37,618 bases of DNA from NCBI GenBank assembly GCA_036986255.1, contig BTRF01000002.1:1-37618 (forward strand), written 5' to 3'. Every line of letters starts with the position of its first letter. The stretch's first letter is position 1. Made by a program: the position numbers and the translations under genes. This document shows positions 7,242 through 14,437 of the stretch, in pieces. This DNA comes from Patescibacteria group bacterium (GTDB taxonomy: Bacteria; Patescibacteriota; WWE3; 9FT-COMBO-53-11). The notes under the pieces were generated by a model. It saw only the letters and a program-made list of their open reading frames with translations, searched no databases and was not told the DNA's origin.

Positions 7242-9287
7242 ATGGCTCAGGAGTCTTCCACCAGAAGTAGATCTGATCATGGGCTGGGGGTTAAGGTATC
7301 CAAACTGGAAGGTTCCCCGGCCGCCGAGCGCGGAAGGTTCGTTCAGGTTTATGAGTTTGCTCCCCCGGAAGGGGAGGATTTTTCCCCCGACCGCGGCCGC
7401 CTCTTCGCCGTTTTAGATCTGACGGTTGGTTCTGCTGACGATTCCTCTCTGGCCGGCCAGCTTGTTTGGGATACTTTAACCGGCGGCTACTTTGACCCCT
7501 CTGAGGAAACGGCCATCCAGGCGCTGGAAGAGGCCGTTTACGCCGCGAGGGATAAGCTTCGCCATTTTTCCGAAAACAGTTCTCTTAATATGCTTGTTGT
7601 GGCCCTGTTGAATTCTTCCTCGGACGACTCAGCTCAGGCGGGAAGTGTGGCCTACTTTGCTCGGGTTGGAAATCCGGTTTTGTACCTGCGCCGGGGAAGT
7701 GAAGTCCGTAAGCTTTTGGACGACGAGGGGGCGGTGGGGATCGGTTCGCAAATTTTGGAGGAAGATGATGTTTTGGTAGTGGGGTCGCCGGTTTTTGGCA
7801 AAAATTTTACTTCCAAAAGTCTTCCCCAAACCCAGTTTTTGGTTAAGCAGTTTGAGCAGGGTGCCAAGGTTCCCGGGTTCGCCGCCCTTCTCCTGCGCAT
7901 TGCCAGTACCCGCGAGAAGCGGGAGCTTGAGGTTAAGAAGTCGCCCGCACGGTCCTTGAGGCGCTGGCGCAGGCGGATTTCCTCTCTCACCTTTCCCTCT
8001 CTTGCCCTTCTTTTTAAGCGGGGTTTGCACTTTGCAAAGAATTGGAGGGGGAGATTTTCAACTGCTCTTAAGCGGAAGATCAACCATGGAGAAGAGCTGG
8101 TCTCTCGGAGGCAGGAGGTTTCAGGCCCCCCGCCCGATTCTGACGCAGGTGTGAGGAAACCTTCAAAGATCCGCTTCCCGATAGGGAAGCGCACTCTCTC
8201 CCGCCTCATCATTGCTTTGGCGGTTCTTTTGGTGATCTCGGTTTCCTTCACTACTTGGAAGCAGGCGCGGAGAGTAAAGAGGGAGAATTTTGATCGGTTG
8301 CTGACGACGGCGGTCCAGAATATGGATGAGGCGGAGAGCTTGGCGGGGCTTTCCAATGAGAAGTCCAAGGAGCTTCTGGATAGCGCACGGGCCGATTTGA
8401 ATCGGGCCCGGGGGCTCTTCCCCCGCTCCGAGGAAGTTTCTCCTCTTCAGTCAAGGGCAAACGATCTTTTCAACACGATTGAGAAGATCACTCCCATAAC
8501 GGAGGAGAACGCTGTTTTTGATCTGGAGCTGAAGGTTGAGGGCGCTTGGGGGCGGGCTCTTTCCGGCTCTGGGACTACCGTTTACGTCGCTGAGCAGACG
8601 AGCGGTTCCGTCTTTGCGGTTAAGATCTCCGCCGATTCAGAAAATGAGGGCAGTCTTCCCGAGACTTCCGAGTTAGGCAGCGGCCAGTTGAAGGGAATTA
8701 GGGAGCTTGCGGCCGAAGAGGGTTATCTTTATCTTCTCGGCGAAAACACGGTTTACCGTCTAAACCTTTCCACTAAGAAGGTCGATGAGCCGATCAAGTT
8801 CGAGCGCTACGGCAAGGTAGCGGCGCTGGACACTTACTTTGGTAATATCTATCTCCTTACTCCTGGTGAAGACCAGGTTTATAAATTCTGGAATCTTGAA
8901 GGCGGGTACTCTGGGGCCATTGGATGGATTAAAGAAGCGGTTGCTCTGGAGGGAGTGGTGGATGTGGGGATTGACGGGGAGCTTTGGCTTCTCACTGCCC
9001 AGGGCCAGATCACCCGCTTGGTGAAAGGTAAAAGGGAACCCTTTTCCATCTCTAATCTTTCTACTCCTTTCGGCGAACCGATCAAAATATTTACTCGTCC
9101 CAGTCTTAAGCGGCTTTACATTTTAGACGCTGGGAACCAGCGGGTGGTGGTTTTAGACAAGGACGGCAACTTTGTTCGCCAGTTCAAAGGTGATGTGCTT
9201 TCCGAGCCCCAGGATCTTTGGGTTTCGAGTAACGAAAAGAAGCTTTACATCCTCGCAGGGAGCAGAATTTATCGAGTCGGATTGTGA
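7242..9287 (+). CDS. membrane protein: cytosolic N-terminal domain, one TM, C-terminal beta-propeller-like domain
   Basis: 681 aa. The N-terminal ~220 aa look weakly PP2C/SpoIIE-like by eye. An Arg/Lys-rich linker is followed by the TM LSRLIIALAVLLVISVSFTTW. The C-terminus has repeated blades (LYLLGENTVYRL, IYLLTPGEDQVYKF, LWLLTAQGQITRL, LYILDAGNQRVVVL, LYILAGSRIYRV). Confidence 0.6.
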   Translation: MAQESSTRSRSDHGLGVKVSKLEGSPAAERGRFVQVYEFAPPEGEDFSPDRGRLFAVLDLTVGSADDSSLAGQLVWDTLTGGYFDPSEETAIQALEEAVYAARDKLRHFSENSSLNMLVVALLNSSSDDSAQAGSVAYFARVGNPVLYLRRGSEVRKLLDDEGAVGIGSQILEEDDVLVVGSPVFGKNFTSKSLPQTQFLVKQFEQGAKVPGFAALLLRIASTREKRELEVKKSPARSLRRWRRRISSLTFPSLALLFKRGLHFAKNWRGRFSTALKRKINHGEELVSRRQEVSGPPPDSDAGVRKPSKIRFPIGKRTLSRLIIALAVLLVISVSFTTWKQARRVKRENFDRLLTTAVQNMDEAESLAGLSNEKSKELLDSARADLNRARGLFPRSEEVSPLQSRANDLFNTIEKITPITEENAVFDLELKVEGAWGRALSGSGTTVYVAEQTSGSVFAVKISADSENEGSLPETSELGSGQLKGIRELAAEEGYLYLLGENTVYRLNLSTKKVDEPIKFERYGKVAALDTYFGNIYLLTPGEDQVYKFWNLEGGYSGAIGWIKEAVALEGVVDVGIDGELWLLTAQGQITRLVKGKREPFSISNLSTPFGEPIKIFTRPSLKRLYILDAGNQRVVVLDKDGNFVRQFKGDVLSEPQDLWVSSNEKKLYILAGSRIYRVGL

Positions 9288-9370
9288 TCTTCTTTCTGTA
9301 AATTAACCCAAACCCCGTGAATATGTCCGTGAACTGGTAGTCATAATTTTACGCCGGTGTTATCATTCGC

Positions 9371-10069
9371 GTGATGGCAAAGATTTCCTTTTGGTTGGGT
9401 CGGTTGGCCGAGCTGGTTTATCCCACCCGGTGCGTTTCCTGCGCTGAAAGCGGAACTCTTTTTTGCGAACGCTGTCAGGGCAAGCTCGAACCGCTGGATC
9501 GGTGGTTCTGCGTTGTTTGCGGGAAGGCGGCCGTGGGCGGATTTACCCATCCGGGGTGCGCAACCCGCTACACTCCCGAACGGGTACTGGCAGGATTCTT
9601 CTACCGCGGATCCGCCCGGAACCTTATTAAGGCCCTCAAGTATCGCCGCATTCGACCAGTTGCAAAGGTGCTGGCGGAGCTCTTGGTGGAGGATTTGGCG
9701 GGTCAGGGGGTGGATCTGGGCCCCCATACTTTAGTTGCTCCCGTCCCGCTCTCCTTCTGGCGGGAAGGCGCGCGGGGCTTCAACCAATCCTTTCTTTTAG
9801 CTGAGGCCGTTGCGAAACGGTTGAATCTTCCCTCCCGTCCCCGCCTTTTACGCAAAGTTAAGGACACTCCTTCCCAAGTCTCTTTGACTAAGCCCGAGCG
9901 AGCCGCTAATGTTAGAGGAACTTTTGCGGTCCCCGCCCGGCTGGGAGGCGAGGATGTTCTTTTGGTTGATGATGTTCTGACCACCGGAGCGACGGTGCGC
10001 GAAGCGGTTAAGGCGCTGAAAAAGGCCGGCGCCGGACAGGTTTGGGTCTTAACCTTTTCTAAAGATTAG
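9371..10069 (+). CDS. comF: ComF-family phosphoribosyltransferase-like protein
   Basis: N-terminal Cys4 region (CVSC...CERC...CVVCG). C-terminal PRT motif VLLVDDVLTTGATVREA. Confidence 0.8.
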   Translation: MMAKISFWLGRLAELVYPTRCVSCAESGTLFCERCQGKLEPLDRWFCVVCGKAAVGGFTHPGCATRYTPERVLAGFFYRGSARNLIKALKYRRIRPVAKVLAELLVEDLAGQGVDLGPHTLVAPVPLSFWREGARGFNQSFLLAEAVAKRLNLPSRPRLLRKVKDTPSQVSLTKPERAANVRGTFAVPARLGGEDVLLVDDVLTTGATVREAVKALKKAGAGQVWVLTFSKD

Positions 10070-10125
10070 AAAAATTGCAACCTGAACATAAGCGAGGGGC
10101 AGCACCTTCGCCAGAGACTAGGTCC

Positions 10126-10806
10126 TCAGTACCTCTCTTTAATATATTTAAGTATCTTCAAGGCCTTGGGCGGGTTTCCCCTTCCGACGGGGAAGAAGCA
10201 CGGCAGGACCTTAAAATGGTTTCCTAAAATATCAACCGAGTCCAATTTTTTGTATTGCTTTGTTTTTACAGCGTTAAGGCAGTCGATTAGGCGCACATCC
10301 AACCCAGTGATAATTTTGGTAGGCAGCTTGCCGAAAGTAACAATATATCTTGGGTTAACGATCCGAATCTCCTGCTTAAGTAAAGGCAGTTCCTGCCTAA
10401 TGATCTCCTTGGGAGGATTTTCCGGATGCGGCTGGGTGCACTTAACTAAGTTGCTGATATACACTCCTTCCTTTATCAAGTTGTCTTCAATCCTCTCCTC
10501 GTCTTTGGTCTGCCAGCCGTTCCGGTATATATCTTCGATTAAACCGCTATCGATAAAGCCCGCCCGGGCAAATAACTTCCAGAAATGCCGGACGCCAATA
10601 AACGGGAACCTTCTTTCGCCCGAGTAGTCTTTGTGGCTGGATATGTTGCGGTGGGTGGGGTTAATGAAGAGAAACAGAAATTTAGGGTTTCGGAACTTAC
10701 CGCCCCCAAGGATGTGGTTAAGTTCGTTCCCTTCATTTTTGCACCTTTTACAACTATCGAATCTGCTGTAGACGGCTTTGAGTTTTGGCGGAATTTTGTT
10801 AGACAT
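10126..10806 (-). CDS. uracil-DNA glycosylase superfamily protein
   Basis: Motifs FLFINPT (GINPG-like), VYISNLVKC, IVTFGKLP and FFPVGRGNP. Start moved to ATG 10806 because the track start at 10851 is a TTG. Confidence 0.7.
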   Translation of the reverse strand: MSNKIPPKLKAVYSRFDSCKRCKNEGNELNHILGGGKFRNPKFLFLFINPTHRNISSHKDYSGERRFPFIGVRHFWKLFARAGFIDSGLIEDIYRNGWQTKDEERIEDNLIKEGVYISNLVKCTQPHPENPPKEIIRQELPLLKQEIRIVNPRYIVTFGKLPTKIITGLDVRLIDCLNAVKTKQYKKLDSVDILGNHFKVLPCFFPVGRGNPPKALKILKYIKERY

Positions 10807-10907
10807 AAGTAAGCACCAACTGACGCGCGGGGCGGAGCGGCAAACTGCCAAAGAACCTTAAGAATGCCGGCCCGAGCTTCATTTTAACCAAAAGAATTAA
10901 TTAAATC

Positions 10908-11351
10908 ATGGAACACGTTGCAATAATGAAAAAATCTTGGGGCTTGACCCCAAAAATTCTGTCTGGACAGAAGGAGATTGAATCCAGGTGGTATAAGGTA
11001 AAGCATCCCCCTTGGGGAAGAATTAAATCCGGCGAGGTTGTTTACTTTAAAGATTCTGGGGGGCCTGTTGCCGTCAAAACAGAAGTTGATAAAGTGGTTC
11101 AATTTTCTGATTTAACTCCTAAAAAGGTTAAAGAAATCCTGTATAAGTACGGCCAAGCCGCTGGTCTTGGCATAGATAGAATTCCGGAATTTTTTAAGAT
11201 GTTTAAAGACAAGAGATACTGCATATTGATTTTTTTGAGGAACCCGAAGAAAGTAAAGCCATTTGAAATTGATAAGTCCGGGTTTGGTGCGATGTCTGCT
11301 TGGATTTCTGTTGGTGACGTCGATAAGATTAAGAAGGCGAGCCCGCCATAA
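10908..11351 (+). CDS. ASCH-domain-like protein
   Basis: LTPKILSGQKEIESRWYK...GEVVYFKDSGGPVAVKTEV resembles the N-terminal ASCH beta-barrel signature. The start could instead be the ATG at 10926. Confidence 0.55.
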   Translation: MEHVAIMKKSWGLTPKILSGQKEIESRWYKVKHPPWGRIKSGEVVYFKDSGGPVAVKTEVDKVVQFSDLTPKKVKEILYKYGQAAGLGIDRIPEFFKMFKDKRYCILIFLRNPKKVKPFEIDKSGFGAMSAWISVGDVDKIKKASPP

Positions 11352-11387
11352 CTTATTTAGGTATAATTTGTTTTTAACTTAAAAACT

Positions 11388-11738
11388 ATGAATTATTATC
11401 TGACAGTCTTAAAAAAGTATGCAGTATTCAGTGGACGTGCACGCAGGGCGGAGTATTGGTACTTTGTTTTATTCAATATTATTATCGCCCTTGTGCTAGG
11501 TCTGATTGAGGGTGTAGCTGGAATCGCCTCTGGAACAGACGAAAGTGTACTCAACGCCATATACCAACTAGCTATCCTAGTTCCGTCCGTTGCCGTAGGT
11601 GTACGCAGGATGCACGACGTAAATAAAAGCGGTTGGTTTCTCCTAATCCCTATTTATAATCTTATACTGGCTGTTACTGACGGAACCAAAGGTGATAATA
11701 AGTATGGTTCGGATCCAAAAGAGGCGACGGCCGGTTAG
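11388..11738 (+). CDS. DUF805-family inner membrane protein
   Basis: GRARRAEYWYFVLFN, RRMHDVNKSGWFLLIPIYNL and GDNKYGSDP, with three hydrophobic segments. Confidence 0.8.
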   Translation: MNYYLTVLKKYAVFSGRARRAEYWYFVLFNIIIALVLGLIEGVAGIASGTDESVLNAIYQLAILVPSVAVGVRRMHDVNKSGWFLLIPIYNLILAVTDGTKGDNKYGSDPKEATAG

Positions 11739-11792
11739 GATTGTCAAAAATATACGGCCGCAGCCAAGTAAGCGCAGCGCTAGCGAAGTTTA

Positions 11793-11812
11793 ATGGCGGA
11801 GAGGGTGGGATT
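11793..11812 (-). repeat. duplicated 3' end of tRNA-Ser(GCT), outer copy of a 20-nt direct repeat
   Basis: atggcggagagggtgggatt is identical to 11922-11941. Nineteen of these nucleotides are the complement of the tRNA 3' end AATCCCACCCTCTCCGCCA. Confidence 0.85.
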
Positions 11813-11817
11813 TCCTT

Positions 11818-11844
11818 CACTTCGTTACACTCAGTGTAAACTTA
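11818..11844 (+). repeat. degenerate, oppositely oriented copy of the tRNA-Ser 3'-flank element
   Basis: cacttcgttacactcagtgtaaactta aligns to caCCTCGCTAGCGCTCGGTGTAAACTA at about 20 of 26 positions with one gap (hand alignment). Confidence 0.5.
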
Positions 11845-11922
11845 CTCAGGATAAACTTCTCATCCCACTCCTGACACTAGGGATTCACCAAACTCACGCT
11901 GATGGTGAGCTTGCCGAATCCA

Positions 11923-12011
11923 TGGCGGAGAGGGTGGGATTCGAACCCACGTGTCGCTTTCGCGACAACGGATTAGCAATCCGCCGCTTTTAGCCACTCA
12001 GCCACCTCTCC
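11923..12011 (-). tRNA. tRNA-Ser(GCT)
   Basis: Minus strand reads GGAGAGG TG GCTGAGTGGCTAAAAGC..GCGGA TTGCTAA TCCGT, then a long variable arm, GTGGG TTCGAAT CCCAC, CCTCTCC G CCA. Confidence 0.9.
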
Positions 12012-12070
12012 ACCTCCTACATTCTACCAGTCGCAATTCCGTCCGGCCATATTTTGCTAAACTAATTTTA

Positions 12071-12568
12071 ATGATGGATAAGAGCTTAGAGGAAAATGTC
12101 CTCTTGGAGTGGGAATCCCTAGAGAGGGTCTTTACCAAGCGGGGGAAAACATATTTTAGAAACCTCTTTTCTCTCTTGGCCTTTTTCGGTGCGGTAGCCG
12201 TCTTCTTCAAGGAGTTTCTTCTCGTTGGGGCTTTGGGGGCGTTTGGGTTCGCCAAGTGGGCGATGGGGACCACTCCGCCCAAAACGACCAAACATGTTAT
12301 CACCGACCTTGGGATCAGGACTCACGGGCACGAGTACGGTTGGGACCAACTGAAGGATTTCTGGTTTAGCAAGATCGACGGGCAGGCCGTTCTGCAGGTA
12401 GATACCAAAAACATCTATCCAGGGCGGATCTATCTTGTTTTAGGAAAAATTGGCCGAAGAGAGATCACCGAGGTTTTGAAGAATCATCTCCCTTACCGTA
12501 GGAAAGTTAAAAGGGATCTTTTGGAGAAGATTTCCGTGGGGGTCTCCCGCCGCTTCCCTCTAGAGTAA
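12071..12568 (+). CDS. hypothetical membrane protein
   Basis: The track ORF begins at 11951 inside the tRNA gene. The first plausible start is ATGATG at 12071 (MMDKSLEEN...). Two hydrophobic helices are followed by a soluble C-terminus. Confidence 0.55.
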   Translation: MMDKSLEENVLLEWESLERVFTKRGKTYFRNLFSLLAFFGAVAVFFKEFLLVGALGAFGFAKWAMGTTPPKTTKHVITDLGIRTHGHEYGWDQLKDFWFSKIDGQAVLQVDTKNIYPGRIYLVLGKIGRREITEVLKNHLPYRRKVKRDLLEKISVGVSRRFPLE

Positions 12569-12588
12569 ACTCTGCTTCTTTTTCAGGT

Positions 12589-12594
12589 TATAAT
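12589..12594 (+). promoter_or_regulatory. possible -10 box (TATAAT) for the tRNA cluster
   Basis: Perfect TATAAT 14 nt upstream of tRNA-Arg(GCG). No good -35. Confidence 0.3.
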
Positions 12595-12607
12595 AAGTAT
12601 CGAACGG

Positions 12608-12684
12608 GTCCCCGTAGCTCAATTGGACAGAGCGCCGGCTTGCGGAGCCGGAGGCTGGGTGTTCGAGTCACCCCGGGGACGCCA
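12608..12684 (+). tRNA. tRNA-Arg(GCG)
   Basis: GTCCCCG TA GCTC AATTGGACA GAGC G CCGGC TTGCGGA GCCGG AGGCT GGGTG TTCGAGT CACCC CGGGGAC G CCA. Confidence 0.9.
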
Positions 12685-12735
12685 GGTACCAGTCGGTACC
12701 CGGCAGGCCTGAGCTGGATAGTTCTGTGCCGCCAC

Positions 12736-12825
12736 GGCGGGGTGCCGGAGTGGTTTAACGGGACCGTCTTGAAAACGGTTAGGGTGGCAACACTCTCGGA
12801 GGTTCGAATCCTCCTCCCGCCGCCA
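12736..12825 (+). tRNA. tRNA-Ser(TGA)
   Basis: GGCGGGG ... ACCGT CTTGAAA ACGGT, long variable arm, GGAGG TTCGAAT CCTCC, TCCCGCC G CCA. Confidence 0.9.
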
Positions 12826-12850
12826 CCTCGCTAGCGCTCGGTGTAAACTA
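12826..12850 (+). repeat. tRNA-Ser 3'-flank element, copy 1
   Basis: CCTCGCTAGCGCTCGGTGTAAACTA begins at the nucleotide after CCA. Confidence 0.85.
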
Positions 12851-12856
12851 AGTATA

Positions 12857-13171
12857 ATGTCTTGCTTTGTTTACATTCTTCGATGTGCGGGCGGCATGTA
12901 TTACACGGGGGTAGCCCGAGATTTAAAAAAGCGGATGAACGAGCATAATTTAGGTTTGACTAAAGGCGCGTTTACAAAGAGTAAGCTACCTGTAGAACTT
13001 GTTTACTGGGAGAGATTTAATTCCAGAATTGAAGCGGCGAGGCGTGAGAGGGAAATTAAAGGTTGGGACAGAAGAAAGAAAGAGGGTTTGATAAATAGCT
13101 TGCACCGAGGAGCTTTAGCGACGAGGTGGGGTGCCGGAGTGGACGAACGGGCTCGCCTGGAAAGCGAGTAA
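12857..13171 (+). CDS. GIY-YIG nuclease-family small protein
   Basis: MSCFVYILRCAGGMYYTGVARDLKKRMNEHN...ELVYWERF...AARREREIKGW carries GIY/YIG-type motifs plus the conserved Arg/Glu. The last 47 nt, including the stop, lie inside tRNA-Ser(GGA). Confidence 0.75.
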   Translation: MSCFVYILRCAGGMYYTGVARDLKKRMNEHNLGLTKGAFTKSKLPVELVYWERFNSRIEAARREREIKGWDRRKKEGLINSLHRGALATRWGAGVDERARLESE

Positions 13172-13214
13172 CCCTTCACGGGGTTCGTGGGTTCGAATCC
13201 CACCCCCACCGCCA
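13125..13214 (+). tRNA. tRNA-Ser(GGA)
   Basis: GGTGGGG TG CCGGAGTGGACGAACGG G CTCGC CTGGAAA GCGAG, long variable arm, GTGGG TTCGAAT CCCAC, CCCCACC G CCA. Confidence 0.9.
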
Positions 13215-13239
13215 CCTCGCTGGCGCTCGGTGTAAACTA
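13215..13239 (+). repeat. tRNA-Ser 3'-flank element, copy 2
   Basis: CCTCGCTGGCGCTCGGTGTAAACTA (24/25 vs copy 1), followed by the hairpin GCTCATCC...GGATGGG. Confidence 0.85.
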
Positions 13240-13273
13240 GCTCATCCTGAGCTTAAGCGGATGGGATTGGTGA

Positions 13274-13350
13274 GGAGACGTAGCTCAACTGGACAGAGCG
13301 CTGACCTCCGGAGTCAGAGGTTGTGGGTTCGAGTCCCGCCGTCTCTACCA
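13274..13350 (+). tRNA. tRNA-Arg(CCG)
   Basis: GGAGACG TA GCTC AACTGGACA GAGC G CTGAC CTCCGGA GTCAG AGGTT GTGGG TTCGAGT CCCGC CGTCTCT A CCA. Confidence 0.9.
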
Positions 13351-13401
13351 TAGATATGCATACCAAAGTTGCCATTATTGGAGCGGGCGGGATCGGCGAA
13401 A

Positions 13402-13488
13402 TTAGTTCGAGAAATACTCCTCCAGCGTTAGCTTCTGCCGGTAGAGCTTATCGGCCAGTCCACTTCCCACCCAGCGGATGTGCTGTCC
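13402..13488 (-). pseudogene. relic of the C-terminus of a second M15 (VanY-like) peptidase gene
   Basis: The minus strand translates to GQHIRWVGSGLADKLYRQKLTLEEYFSN*. This aligns to WHIRFVGVDLATKLYREGNTLEEYFRKN of the intact gene just upstream, with 17 of 27 identical (hand count). No start and no upstream domain. Confidence 0.55.
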
Positions 13489-13536
13489 TCGCTTCTCTCG
13501 GTTGCAATTTCGTTTCTTATGGGTGCGGCTAGAAGC

Positions 13537-14313
13537 TTACCTATGAGCTTCCCCAAGCGTGTTTTTCCTGAAATACTCTTCTAGAGTGTTGCCTTCCCGG
13601 TAAAGTTTTGTAGCTAAATCTACTCCAACGAAACGAATATGCCAGGGTTCGTAGATATATCCGGTGATGCGCTCTTTCCCCTCTTGATAAGAAACGATAA
13701 AACCGAAGCGGGCGGCGTTTTTAGCGACCCACGCGGCGACAGGGCTTTGGCTGAAGGTTTGGAAGTCGGGCTGGTCCAGGGCCAGGTCCACGGTGGTTCC
13801 GAGCTGGTGCTCGGAGTGCCCGGGGAAGGCCGAACCTCTTGCGGCGGCTTCCCATCCGGTTTGCTTAACCCACCAAGAGAAGGTTGTCTCTTGAACGAAG
13901 TAGGAGCGGTAGGCGGAGAGAACGGAAAGCCGGAAGCCCGCCTCGGCGGCGGCCCCGAACAGCTGGTAAAGATATGGAAGAGTATCCTCTCTTAAGTACT
14001 GTTCCCTAAAGGTCGGGACTCCAGTAATCTTGTTCAAGTTTGGCGGTACGTAGCCGGAAGGGAGCGCATAGGTTTTATTGATATGGGCGAGGGTCATATC
14101 TTCCGAGATGGCCAGGATGATTTCACCCTGAGGAGCCAAATTGCTTCTTACTTCGGGAAAGGCCTCTTGCTCAATAACCGAGGGAGGGGTGGTTGTGAAA
14201 AGATCCCAGGGAGTGGCCAGAGCGATCTTTTGGGGATGGGCAAGCTGGCTTCCCATCCCGATGCCGAGAATTAAAGAGTATCCTAGAATAGGAAAAAGCT
14301 GTTTTAATTTCAC
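13537..14313 (-). CDS. D-alanyl-D-alanine carboxypeptidase, peptidase M15B (VanY-like)
   Basis: Signal peptide. Motifs SAYRSY, FPGHSEHQLGTTVDL and YEPWHIRFVG (the H-x6-D ... H zinc set). GTG start at 14313. Confidence 0.85.
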   Translation of the reverse strand: MKLKQLFPILGYSLILGIGMGSQLAHPQKIALATPWDLFTTTPPSVIEQEAFPEVRSNLAPQGEIILAISEDMTLAHINKTYALPSGYVPPNLNKITGVPTFREQYLREDTLPYLYQLFGAAAEAGFRLSVLSAYRSYFVQETTFSWWVKQTGWEAAARGSAFPGHSEHQLGTTVDLALDQPDFQTFSQSPVAAWVAKNAARFGFIVSYQEGKERITGYIYEPWHIRFVGVDLATKLYREGNTLEEYFRKNTLGEAHR

Positions 14314-14347
14314 AACCCTATTATAATGTACTTGGATCTGTTTGCTA

Positions 14348-14437
14348 GGAGGCGTGGCAGAGCGGTTTAATGCGCCGATCTCGAAAATCGGTGGGGTCGC
14401 AAGACCCTCGGAGGTTCGAATCCTCCCGCCTCCGCCA
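14348..14437 (+). tRNA. tRNA-Ser(CGA)
   Basis: GGAGGCG TG GCAGAGCGGTTTAATGC G CCGAT CTCGAAA ATCGG, long variable arm, GGAGG TTCGAAT CCTCC, CGCCTCC G CCA. Confidence 0.9.

Noticed and set aside
11951-12070. 5' extensions offered by the ORF track (11951 into tRNA-Ser; 16329 for rpoD; 19471 for GH1; 24661 and 10851 TTG starts; 28504 for GT2; 12640..12834, 13126..13353 and 13323..13532 across tRNAs).
   Set aside because: They overlap tRNA genes or upstream CDS, or they use weak starts. Internal ATG/GTG starts give family-typical N-termini and tidy stop-start junctions.
12847-12856. TATAAT overlapping the ATG of the first GIY-YIG gene as its promoter.
   Set aside because: A -10 box overlapping the start codon cannot drive a transcript that includes that codon. 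It is likely a coincidence of AT-rich sequence.
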